NCBI RefSeq assembly: GCF_000181795.1
Contig: NW_003526943.1
Coordinates: forward strand, 2,041,647-2,105,646
Length of the DNA stretch: 64,000 bases
Source: Trichinella spiralis
Lineage: Eukaryota
Direction of reading: 5' to 3'
Part shown: positions 38,167-50,685 of the stretch, piece after piece
How positions within the stretch are numbered: position 1 is the stretch's first letter
Layout: every line of letters begins with the position of its first letter
Notes under the pieces: generated by a model
The model's input: the letters and a program-made list of their open reading frames with translations, nothing else
The model's database searches: none
What the model was told of the DNA's origin: nothing
Translations under genes and position numbers: made by a program

Positions 38167-40130
38167 TCAAGCTTTCAAATCAACGGCGTAGTTGGCAGGA
38201 TAAAGTCCAGTAATGCCGTCCTTACGACCCTTGCACCATCCTTGTTCGTCTTCGTCGCCCAATTTTTCAAAAATATCACCTTAAAAACAACAATAACAGA
38301 ATTTTTATCATTAAATAAAATTAATAATAATAATAAATACCCTTTTTGAAAGAAAATTCATCATCCTCTTGCTTATTGTAATCATAAAGGGCTTTCACCA
38401 TCTTCGGTTCAAATTCATTTGACGAACCACTTTCATCCCACTCGTCAATACAATGCGTCGTGACATCGGATGAATTTGTCATTTTTGATCTTTGAACAGC
38501 AAACAAACACACAATAAATCAACAACGCGCAAGTAAATAAAATACAACTCACTTATCATCCAATGGTTCGACAAAGCAGTTGTCAGCATTGGGATCGGCA
38601 ATGCTTTCACGTTTGGAAAGCAAAACGACCGGCTCATCACCGGCAACTTTGTTGCGCTTTTTCACAATTTCACGTACTTCTGGTGTGTAAGTCTGCATAA
38701 TTAAGTTTGTCGTCATATGCATCAAGTTCAAAGAGAAAAATTTAAATAATTTCAATTTCAAAATCCTACCTCGAAAACTGGGCAATTAAATGGCATCCCC
38801 GGACCAAACTCTTTTTCCCAATTTTGCACATCCTTTTCCGCGTCAACACTGGTCACGGTCGACAAAAATTGCTCATAAATGGAGTTCAGCCTTCAAAATA
38901 TAATTTTCACTGAGCATTGCTTTGTGTCGAAACAGTTAATTAAAAATAAATAAATAATATCACTTTGGTTCGTTGGACATGTTCAAACAATCGTGAGCTC
39001 CTTTGAGCATTTCTTTGAAAAATTTCAATCGCTTCAATTCCAACTCTTGACAACGCTTGAAAACCTGCATCATGTCCGCCTGATAAGTCGACTTGTAGTC
39101 GGATATTGCCGCAACAGTCTGCATTGGGCAGTAAAATACATGAGAAACTGTGAGATAAGAAAAGAAAAGAATATATACCTTTCTATATTCTTCTTCAGCT
39201 TTTTGTCGTTCCGTTTGGCATTTGACCATTTTCTCGTGAAATTTTTTCACCTGCTCCCTGGACATTTCAGGATTTCCAGCTGCGTTCTTTTCTTGATTCT
39301 CGGCTGATCGTTCCATGCGAGAAGATGAAAAATATTCACGTTTAGCTTTCAAAATTTTCCCATACAACTTTGCCCATGGTTTCTGAGCCTTCAACAAAAT
39401 GACAAACAAACATTAGCAACGTATCAAAGATCAAAACAAAAGATGCAAATCCCTATTGCAAAGCAACTTATTTCAGATAAAAATTTAAAAAAATAAATAC
39501 TTAAAGTATAATCAAATAGAAAATTTTTTACCGTTAAATCTTGATTGTCCATTGCATTACAGTATGAATGAGCAGAACAAAGAAATGCAAAAATTGAATA
39601 AAAAAATCTATACATATAAGATATTTTGTCCGAATTTAATAAGCTCACCCGTTTGAAAGCTTCTTCAATTTCTTTGCCCTCTTTGACGGCACCGAAGGCA
39701 GTTTTGTGAAAATTGTCCTTCGACCATATTTTGATCACGTTGAACACTTCGTCGATGAGTCGATCGCGCCGTTGTAAATGCAGATCCGCTTTGCTCCTTC
39801 CTTCTTGTAAAATTGCTTTCCAAGCTTCTTGTGCACTACCGTACTCGACCCCTTGAAAAATTTGTAAAATCAAAACTTTTGTATTTTTCAACATACCCAA
39901 CGAAATGTAGTACCTTTGTCGACGTGTTCGGACCATTTTTTTGACCACTGTTGCAATGATTTGGCGTAGGCAGCTTCGATTTCGCTTCGTTCACGTATCA
40001 ACAGAGACAATTCTGAACAAAGACGAGGCGCATCTTCAATGCGACGAACACTTCTCTTGTACTGACCAATTTCCCAAAACGATTCCAACGCAGTTTCTCC
40101 ATTTAATATGCTGGAATCTGACGGCGACAT
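38167..40130 (-). CDS. sdpn-1: PACSIN/syndapin (F-BAR + SH3), multi-exon
   Basis: [17 protein letters not shown]...[67 protein letters not shown]3 domain [21 protein letters not shown]...DEQGWCKGR...GLYPANY. Stop at 38167. Confidence 0.93.
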
Positions 40131-42156
40131 TTCTACCAAACACACCTGAAAACCAGTGGATAAAATCACAAATTTCAATAATAATAATAATTATTATTAT
40201 TATCAATAATTTGACAATATGAAATCAACGTGTCACTAAACTGTTGACAAAACGATCTAAAAACACAGCACAGCACAGTGTGAAAAAAACTTCTTCTCTA
40301 GAACCAACGCCAACGCTCGTTCAAGGTTGGCTCCTAAGCAACAACTCGTACACAAACTCAACCGAACAGATAAAACTTTACACAAACTGGACAACGTCCA
40401 GACAACATATGTACAGGAGGTCATCGACATTGCTGATAATAGCAACATGCACCACGGATGGATAAGATCATTTCACTCGTGCAAGAAATTAACCGCGAAT
40501 TAAACTGACAAACCAACTAACAACTCAATATTATTCAAACAACAACAACACTTGGACATTTATTCACCGCTCAAGTAGACATTTTTCTACTAAAATAATA
40601 CAACGAATTTGGAAAATTATCTAGCTATTTCATCAAGCTACACTGTTTGCATAATGTTCTATTAACAAGCTAAATTTATGTATTATGAATCATACTATTC
40701 ATTAATGCTTGTGAATCACTGAAAAATTATTTATCACTGAATTATACTACGCATTTATAGAGTAACATTTGAAAAGCTGCAAAAGCTTAACTGACTGACT
40801 AACGAAAGTTAAACACATGAAAGCACCATTTGAAGTGCACAAATATGCGGTCATTTTCACATGGCACGGAGTGAAATGTTTCATCAAGCACATACCATTC
40901 GAGTTTTGTTGCAATGTTCACTAAACGCTGATTTTTTAGATAACAGAAAATACAACAGCGGAAACTTTCGGCCTTCGAAGCAAACAAGTTTCCAAGGACA
41001 GTTTTAAAAGAAAATTAATCAATGCTTTCCCTTTTCATTAAACGCGTACATGAAAAATGGCAGAAAATAGAATTTATATAAAAAAATACAATTAACAGTT
41101 AAAAAGTAGCAGCCTAGTATTTCATAAATGTGTTCAAGAAAACAAAAAGGGACATCTACCTAAAAAATGGACTTGAAAAGCAATTATTTTTATCCTATAT
41201 AATACAAGATGCTAACAATGATGAAAATTGAAAAAAATTTCAGTTTTATTAATAAAAAATAATATAAAAGCGCAACAAGTCACGAACGAAGCACCTTCAG
41301 AGAAATTCAACTCCGCTGGCGGATATTTCAAGGCATACTGTAGTTGACAAATGGACACCTACTTGTTGTAAAACTTAACATATCTACCTGCAAATTCGGC
41401 TTAAGGTAATTAACAGAAAATTCAAATATAAAGTAAGTCCAAAAAATAATTTAAATATGCGTTTATTTTATTTAATTAGACAATGTGCTTTGTTTCAATC
41501 ACTGTTAATCACTTTGTTGCATTTGTAGTATTATTCTGTATGATATTTATTGAAAAGAAAATGTTATAAAATTCAAACCAATTTTTATGCATTACATTTT
41601 AACTGCTGTCAAACTCATCTCATTCGTTTATATGTAAAAGCTCTTCTTCATTTATTGGCAGAAACTTTATATAATTTATAATAAAGTGTATAAATATTAT
41701 TAACGCTAAAATTTATAAATATACATTTTTTTAATGTCAATTTGTTAAGCAACTGTTATTAAAATAACAAATTATAGATGTGTATTTACAGTATAATGTA
41801 TGATTCGTAAATAAAACTTGCATTCAATTATATATTTACCTTTCTGTAGTGTACACGCAAACGATAGAAGGATACCTTAATATAGGGTTGGTAAAAATGT
41901 TTATGAATATTAACTATAATAAATAATTTTAATAATTAATAACAATCATTTTAAGTTGATAAGGGATTTATATATACAGGCATTTTGTGAAAGTTTTTAA
42001 TAAATTTGCAGCAATGTGTTGCTAAACTTTTGTTAAAATTTTTGCGCTTTACCTATGAAATAATAAGTTGCATGTGAATAAACTCGATTCTTTTGGATAG
42101 AATATTTTAAACAAAGCTCATTTATTTCATCTTAAGGTTTCGATTGCTTGGAAATT

Positions 42157-43252
42157 ATGCCGTTTGCATCAATTAAGAAGAAAGTAAAGTTTGAAATTTC
42201 ATTGTTGACTACGTTTTGCTATTGTTAACAGTGTACTCTTTTAGTTTATTGCCGATGGTGTGTTCAAAGCGGAGTTGAACAATTTTTTTATGAGAGAATT
42301 GGCCGAAGATGGTTATTCGGGGGTAGAAGTTCGTAAGACCCCACGTAAAACAGAAATTATAATTATGGCAACGCGAACGCAAAATGTGCTGGGTGAAAAA
42401 GGCCGGCGAATCCGCGAACTTACATCTTTAGTACAGAAGCGATTCAATTTACCAGAAGAATCGGTTGATGTATGGTTTGCATATGTTTTATGTTTACTTT
42501 TGTTGAAGTTTCATATATGTTTCAGTTGTACGCTGAAAAAGTTGCTCAGCGTGGATTATGCGCAATAGCACAGTGTGAATCGCTTCGGTTTAAGTTAATA
42601 GGTGGTCTTCCAGTTAGACGGTATGCATTAATTATAGATTATAACATTTTTGTTGTATTTTATTTCACTAGAATATTCTTGTAAAATGTTTCATTAAACA
42701 GGGTGTATGTTAAAAGATTATTTTCACTTTTGAAATTTTAGCGCCTGTTATGGTATTCTTCGTTACATTATGGAATCCCAGGCAAAAGGTTGTGAAGTAA
42801 TTGTTTCTGGAAAATTGCGTGGTCAGCGTGCAAAATCAATGAAATTTGTTGATGGTTTAATGATTCACAGTGGTGATCCAACAAATGAATATGTAGAAAA
42901 AGGTGTTCGTCACGTCGTTCTACGCCAAGGTATTTTTACGATTATTATTATTACTATTAGCAAAAAACATGTTTGTATTTTATTTAAATATTTTTTGATA
43001 GGTGTTATTGGTATAAAAGTAAAAATTATGCTACCGCACGATCCGAAGGGTGTATACGGACCGAAGAAACCTTTGCCGGATTCTGTAGTAGTTTTCGAAC
43101 CAAAGGAAGAAATTGTAAGTTGGTTATTTTTATGTTTATTTTGTTTATGATTACAGCTGAATATACTTTGATTTTAGCAAATTAAGGAAAAGCCTAGTGA
43201 AATGCAGTATGGCAGTCTGACTGGTCCAACACCAGATACCATGGGATTTTAA
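42157..43252 (+). CDS. rps-3: 40S ribosomal protein S3 (uS3), 6 exons
   Basis: [21 protein letters not shown]...[14 protein letters not shown]...[25 protein letters not shown]...[20 protein letters not shown]...[29 protein letters not shown]...[15 protein letters not shown] at 43285. Confidence 0.97.
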
Positions 43253-44306
43253 TTTCCTAATGATAACGGTGTAGAACTGAAAAAAATAAAAATATTCCAT
43301 CAATTTTGCTCATGTTATGTGCTTTTTGTTTACTATTGCTGTAAATTAAGAAACTCAAATAGTTTATACGATATTTATTGTAAATTTTCTTTAATTTATT
43401 AATCTAATGAACGTTACCGGCACCATGCAGTACCATTGGGGCATCATAAAAATGCTTATAAATATTCATTACAGTAATAAGTTTGACTAACTTACACGAT
43501 GCAGTCTTTATGCTGAAACTATATGTTTGTAGTACCGAGTTTTCAAACTAATGATTTGTTGCCAAAATGAACTGACGAACAATTAATATGGCGTTTATTC
43601 TCTTTATTGAATGTGAATGGATACAATTCTTATAAATACCCCGTTGCGTTGAAAAAAGTTTTCTCTTTCTTTGAATACTCATATTTTCAGAGTTCTTCAG
43701 TTTTTAACTGTACGAATTTTCACAATAATTATTTCTGTTAATCATCCATAAAAAATCTACTAAAATTAAAAAAATTTAAATCGTTATCATTATATTGTGA
43801 TGTTGTTAAAAGAACTGCATTAACGATAAACAAACCTGAAAAACATATTTTAAATATACTGTATGCGATCTAAGTGAAAAGTGTAGAAATATTCATTTCT
43901 GTAGTAAGTGTGAGATTTTTGGTTTTATTTTTATGTCAACTTCTAAATATGTTTGCATGTTATTCTTCTAATTCTAATGTAATATTTTAAACGTATTGAA
44001 TGTACAGAATTATTATATATTTCATTTTTTGGTTTTTTGTATTTATTATATGTTTTACGTTTTTCTTGTCTTGCTTTTGTTTTATTCTATTCAAAATTTA
44101 TCCACATAATGTCAGATTCTTTAATAAAATATTTTGCATGCTAGTATACTGGAATGCTGTTAAGTTTAAAAATAGATTTGTATTATATGTAGCAATCGTT
44201 TAAGCATTTCAGTGTCGATTTTTATTTGTTCTTTTTTTTCTTTTGGTGTGATCATTTATGAATTTTTATTTTTTTTTATTTGAGTACTTTGCATTTGCAA
44301 TTTACA

Positions 44307-45844
44307 ATGTTATCGAAATACTTTCGATACGCCCTCAGTTTATCGGCAGCTGCATTGAAAAACCACATTGATCTAGACAAGAAGAATTCAATGGCAGATT
44401 ATAACGCACAAAATCATAACGGCTCAGTTTGGGATTTCAATTGGGATAAGTAAGAGAGAATGTAACATTTTTATGGTCAAGGAATTTATGTGTGGTTTAG
44501 GCGTTCTCGAGGGAAAGAAATGGATGCTAATTTGAAGAAAGTGAATTCAAAGGTAGTTCGGCATATCATCATGATACGACATGGTCAGTATTACCAACGT
44601 AGGGAAGATTCATCAGAACGAATTCTGACCGAATTAGGTATGAATGTTTTTATTATTTTTAATTTATGAAGCTGCGATTAGTTCATAATATACTCAAAAT
44701 TTTGTATCTAGTCAACTTTATTATATATGTATGACTTGTATTATTTAATTAGCGCATTATTTACATCAGTGGTAATGTTTTCTGTATAATAATTATAATG
44801 TTCCGCTCTAGGCAAATTTATTTGTTGCGTAGTTGTATAGGCGGTGAATTTTTAGTTTCGATTGATGTATTTTGAATCATTCATCATTTGAGAGTGTTCT
44901 GGTAAAACTTTTATTTTTGCTAAACTTACTTCTTAAATTGATAGTAAATTATAATTTCAACTGTTTTTATGAATGAAAAAGGCTTTATTTTGTGATAATT
45001 TAAGTGTCAGTATTGTTCATAAATAAGTGTTTTTGTTAACAAACACAGTCTACAATTTTATTCTACACCGTATCAAAAGTGAATTAAATTTTATCAATGA
45101 TGTTGCGTTAAATTTCAAAATTATACATGCCTCCCATGGTGAAGTCCCGCAGTCTTTGTATAGTAATAATAAGGTGATAATCAAGTAGAATGGCGAACTG
45201 TAGAATAGAAGAAGAATTTGTTTTTTTTTGTCATCACTTTATCAAATTTCTACAGGTAGGAAACAGGCCGAAGTTTGCGGAGATCGCATTCGAAAGTTAA
45301 TCAAATACTTCGAGCCGATTCCACTGACCACACTGTTCGCGTCGACAATGATTCGGGCCGATCAGACGGCGCGGATCATTTGCGAACGTATTGGGTTGCC
45401 GGTCGAGAAGATCTCCTACGATCCGCTGCTCGAAGAAGGCGCTCCTGTGGAACCAGAACCACCGAAATACAACTGGTATCCGGAGGAGAAGGTGATTTTT
45501 AATTCCCCACCGATTCTGGTGTGTAAATTTGTGGTAATCGAACGTGATTGTTTTTGAAGAAATTCTACGAAGACGGGGCAAGAATCGAAGCAGCGTTTCG
45601 CAAATATTTCCACCGACCGGAACCAAGCCAGAAAGAGCCCACGCTGGAGGTGATCGTCTGCCACGCGAACGTGATCCGATTTTTTGTCATGCGAGCTTTA
45701 CAACTGCCAATCAATGCCTGGGCTCGTATGAACCTGGCCCACTGCAGTCTCACCTATGTACGCATTTTGGAAAACGGTGAAGTCAACCTAGTCTACCTTG
45801 GCGACACCGGCTACATGCCCATCGACATGGTTTCTTACAGGTGA
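44307..45844 (+). CDS. pgam-5: Mitochondrial Ser/Thr phosphatase PGAM5, 4 exons
   Basis: WDFNWD multimerisation motif, RHIIMIRHGQY catalytic His motif, LTELGRKQA, STMIRADQTA, LLEEGAP, FYEDGARIEAAFRKYFHR, VIVCHANVIRFFVMRALQLP, GDTGYMP. Confidence 0.95.
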
Positions 45845-46035
45845 TGCATTACTAGTGCACAGATAAACATAGAGAAAACGAAGTTTACTTTCTAATATCA
45901 CCTACTACGAGAGATTATGATGTCCTTAACATGTCAAAATAGCATACACATATATATATATATATATTTGTTTGTTTTTGTTTGCCATTTCATACATCAT
46001 CCACATAAGACCATGCTTGTGATGTTGACTGATGA

Positions 46036-48750
46036 TCAGTGTCGATCACTGCTGCCACGAACGGGCTCGTTTTCAGCACCACCGCCTCCGCCGCCGCGCC
46101 TAGACGACGATACTTTAGACTTTTTCCTCCTCTTGCTGCTGCTGTCGCGGTCTCGACTCCTGCTGCGATGGGAATCTTTTGCTTTTTTCGACTTGTGATA
46201 ACTGCCACTGCGTCTGGCACTGTCATGGGAACGGTCACGACGACTTCGACTGCTACTGCACAACAAAACAGCAACGTCAAATGCAAAATGAACACATTTA
46301 ACACAACAAATACAGATAGATAGACAGATAGATATTTACTGTCGCTTTTTGCGTTTCGAACTGGATTCTTCATCTCGACGTCGACGACTGCTGCTGTGGT
46401 CACGACTAGACCTGGCTCGATCTCGGCTGCGACGGCGATGCTCACTTCCACCGGCCGCGTTAATGCTGTTCGAATTTCCATAAGTGGAACCGTTGCCTGG
46501 ATACATGGAAGAATCGTCTGGACCACCGGACGAGCGCCTGCGGTAATAAGAGCTGCGCGATTCCCGTGCGTAGGTGTTCGAGCTGTGCGAATCGACATCC
46601 GGCGCCACTTCGTCCAAACAGTACATCTCTGGCGATAGTCGGCTCGGACTGCGACTGCGGCGACGACTCCGGTAGCGACTGTAGATGTGACTTAGACCGG
46701 GCGGAGACCTCGATCGACGAGTACTTCCTTGAGAACCGTGGTAAACACCGCCGTGTCTGGAAGGATCCATTTCCGACCGTTTACTGTAACCATAACGCAA
46801 CGGTTCATCGTCGCCATTGCTGAGAACAGAAAAATATCCAACCTTAAACAACGCTGACAACCTTCTTTTCAACAGTTTACAATTATTACAATCCATTCTC
46901 GGTTTAATATTTTTTTAACTCTTATCCTCGCCCAACTATTCGCATACTTTCTATTCAAAATTACAGCAGTGAGATTTTTCAAATATGATAAAATGTAGTT
47001 TTAAAAAATTCATATTCACAACAACAGTAAATGCTTCTGATAAACTAATCTGATAAGTAATGCGTATTTACAGATCAACTTGGAATAATGACTTTGGATA
47101 CAAAAAGAAAAAAAATGCATACCTGCTCTTATCAGAATATGGAGGGCTGTGTTGTCGCCCACTTTCTTGTTCAGGTTGATTGAATCCTGCATAGCCACTT
47201 GAAGAAAAAAGTCAAAAATTTCTATTCCAATAACAATAATAATAATAATACAAACCGTGGTGGAAACGGGGGTCTGCATGGAGGTGGAAACGGAAAGCCG
47301 GCAAAACCAATTCCTGGTGGAGGTGGCGCTCCAAAATGTGGAGGAGGACCAGCCAAATTTGGAGGTGGTACTCCTGATTAATTTACACACAAATAAAATG
47401 TAAACACATGGCCGAAATGAAGGAAAACTTACCTGGTGGAACGCCCAAGCCTGGAACTGGAGGAACTACAGCAGGAGGGAAACCTGGCGGGATGCCTAAA
47501 CCATGTGGTGGGACGCATGGTGGCGCCGCTAACATAGTAGAGCTTGGTAGTGGTTCTTTAGTTTTCGAATCACCATTGCCTTGACCAGAACCTGGTGACG
47601 GTTCTTCTTCTGCATCATCGCAGGCAAATCGACTGTTCTGGTCGGCCATTTTGATTTTATTGAATGTGGAAGATGACTTTTCTGTCGACTGTCGATCAGA
47701 CTGCATTTAAATGTTAAGCAATTAGAAACCGACGTGAACAGTACAAATAATGCAAAAAAATACTTCAGAAGAAAGAACTGCAGAAAATGCAACTGGTGGA
47801 GGCGGTAAACTTGTAATAGTGGGAATTGGACCGCCGAGTCGAGGAGGTGCATTCAAACTAGGGATACTATTGAAATATGCTTTGTTCGCATTTGCTGGCC
47901 CGAACTCAGTTCGCAAACGCTTCTGCCGTTCGCAATACGTTTGCCAGGTCTCTTCTGTAAATCCATAGTTGAAATAGTCGGTTACATCAGCACCTGGCTC
48001 ACGCCATGGTTTTGCTTCAATTGTCGCAATGTCAACGTCAAATATCGGCGTTCCATTGTATGTGCCAGTAGAGTCGATATCTAATTTATTTGAATATCGC
48101 GCGTTGCCTGATTTTTGACCCATCTGGCGAAAGCTACATAATAAATATATATATGAAAAAGTAAAGACACACATTAAGGAACTACATAACTCTTTACTAA
48201 ATAATCATTATCTACACTTATCGGTTATTTTAATTTGTAGAACTTTCAAAGCCCATTTTTCGAAATCCAAACAAAGCCACTCGACATTTAAGAAAAACTT
48301 TTTTTTAATATTAAATTTATAAATATTAAACGGAGAAATATGAAAACTTTGCTTACTTCGCCGTTGGTAAAGTTGGCTTCACATCACCTATAGTAATACA
48401 AATATTATCTTCATCGTCAGACGACAGTTCTTCAAACGCAGTAATCTCCTTTGTTTGTTCAGTAGCAGTTTCAGTTTTGGAAGAGACATTTTCCGCATTT
48501 TCAGGCTAAAATTTTCAACATTACAAAAACATATTTCAAAATTTCTAAATACCACTGCATGGTTTTCTTTTGGACTATCTTTTGACGTTGAAGATTCATT
48601 TATTTCATTCTTATCCTCATCCTCTTCTTCAATTGTGACAACAATTCTTGGATAAGGATCTGGATTTTTAGGAGGGGAGGACGTAGATACATCTATCTCT
48701 TCAGAAGTTTGCACCTGTTCAACTTCGGTATCCGCTACTTCACTTTCCAT
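46036..48750 (-). CDS. FIP1L1: Pre-mRNA 3'-end processing factor FIP1 (CPSF subunit), multi-exon
   Basis: Acidic N-terminus, Fip1 motif KPWREPGADVTDYFNYGFTEETWQTYCERQKRLR (~47915-48015), Pro-rich middle, RS/RD-rich C-terminus. Confidence 0.92.
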
Positions 48751-49776
48751 GATTAATATAATCAGAAAATTTTTCACATCAGTGTGGAAATTGAAAATTA
48801 GTCTTCGGATAGCTTAAATTTAAGAAGAAAAAAACATCAGTAATTGCTCAAACAGTAAATAATATCCAGAAATATTAGGTACTAAATGTTTCAGAAATGT
48901 ATTACAGAATAAAAAATTGCAAAGTATAAACTGAAAATTCTGATTTACGTTAACAAATGATGACCAAATAGACAATTAAATCTGAGGGAATACAATATTT
49001 ACACATCAAACTACTATTTCAAATACATAATTAATCATACGTACAGTTATCACTAAAGGGCATCCCGCTATGATAAGTTGAAGCGTTATAAATTTGAAAC
49101 ATAAAGAATAAAAATTCTGTGCTAAAAAATTAAATAAATAAATAAAACTTACCTAGCGTATAATTTGAACATAATCAATAACCTCAATTTAAACAGAAAA
49201 CAACAAGTACAGTACAATACTAATATTAGAAAATAAAGTACAAATTTACCGATATGTCGATATTTCATAGCAGTTTTTAAATGAAAAGTGCTGCTGAAAT
49301 TGTTCCACTAGATACAAATAATTTAAAAAATATGTAGTATGTAGTCTAAATTATTATTTATTGAGAGTACTTTTATGAATAAAATTTTTTCAAATATTCA
49401 TTCGCAATATGAAAAACATTATACAATAGAACATTTAAATAAATTTCAAATCATGAAAATCAAAGAATTTTAATGCAATGATAATAAGTGATTTTCATAG
49501 CTTAAAATATTTTGCTGTGAGCTTCATCAAAATTGTTGAGAAATCTCCTGAAAAATTTTCCAAGAAAATAATTAATATTACTGATTGCTAAAATAAAAAA
49601 TAAAGTCTAAATAAAGTTCAAACTTTAAGGCAGCATTAAAATACTAATAGAATTATTATTACATTAATTTTAAATACTAAAAATAATTTATAAAATGCGT
49701 AATTATTGAATTAAAAAAAATATTGTTATAGCATTTGCTTAATATTATATATTTTAATAGTAACAATCACTAACAA

Positions 49777-49864
49777 CCTCCGATAGCTCAGTTGGTAGAG
49801 CGGTGGACTGTAGACACATAGCTCAGACATCCATAGGTCGCTGGTTCGACTCCGGCTCGGAGGA
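49777..49864 (+). tRNA. tRNA-Tyr(GTA) with 15-nt intron (49814-49828)
   Basis: Acceptor stem CCTCCGA/TCGGAGG+A, D arm TAGCTCAGTTGGTAGAGC, anticodon arm GTGGA-CTGTAGA-TCCAT with the intron after position 37, T arm GCTGGTTCGACTCCGGC. Confidence 0.96.
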
Positions 49865-49868
49865 AACG

Positions 49869-49873
49869 TTTTT
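49869..49873 (+). terminator. Pol III terminator (T5)
   Basis: TTTTT four bases after the tRNA discriminator. Confidence 0.75.
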
Positions 49874-50685
49874 CCAAGGGTAAATGTTTTCATATCAGCA
49901 CAAAATACTTGCACTTTCAGTAACTACAGCATTAAAAATACTTTTTTATTCTATAATCTTCCTGGGAGAAATGAAAATTCTGAAAATTCATGCATCCAGT
50001 AATTTTTTTTTCTAATGAAACTATCAGCACAATATAATTCTTCTTTTCAACTTTTCGTTTATAAATATTGCTGCTTGCTGTTAAATGCAAATAATGGTAG
50101 TTTGCTCATTGCACTTGACTTAGCATTTGAACTGACCTCACAGATCATTGAAATCATCTCATGTGACATTCAGGATCGTGTGTTTCATTGTTTCTGAAAC
50201 TTGTACTGGCGGTTTGTATACAACCAGAGGAACAGCAGGTCAAGCAAGAACTCTTGCAATTCAAAAGAAAAAATGCAAAACTCATTCCATACCACCGGGT
50301 CATTGATTGAACAGATAAATAATTGTCATAATTTAATTTTCATATTTTTAACAATATTCAATAATTGCAAAAAGAGAAAAAAAACAAAAAAAAAATATAT
50401 ATATATATAATGAACAGTATCAAATCAAAACAGACAACGCTGAGAAACAGCTATAAGTTGCAGAATTCTTCTTAAGTAAAAAAAGAAAGACGGAAACAAC
50501 AGCAATCATTATTGATGACTTAATTGCAATCAGCAGTGGAGAGAAATGAAAAGTGAAAAAAAATATGAGAAATTAGTTTAATGGTTAAATTTCTATTGTT
50601 GTTGCATTTTAAGCTTGCGAGCCGCTTTTAACTAAAGCCCGTGATGATTACACAGCGTTAGGGAACAAATTGAAATACTTCAAAT

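Noticed and set aside
40822..40834. miR-29-like AGCACCATTTGAA
   Set aside because: Only a 13-nt match, and there is no complementary arm to form a precursor hairpin.
41850..41900. U6atac-like 5' sequence (GTGTAC...AAACGATAGAAGGATACC)
   Set aside because: Similarity ends after ~18 nt. There is no AGC triad, internal stem-loop or 3' domain.
45917..46823. Overlapping antisense and alternate-frame ORFs over the FIP1 3' exons
   Set aside because: Shadow ORFs produced by low-complexity, GC-rich Arg/Ser codons.
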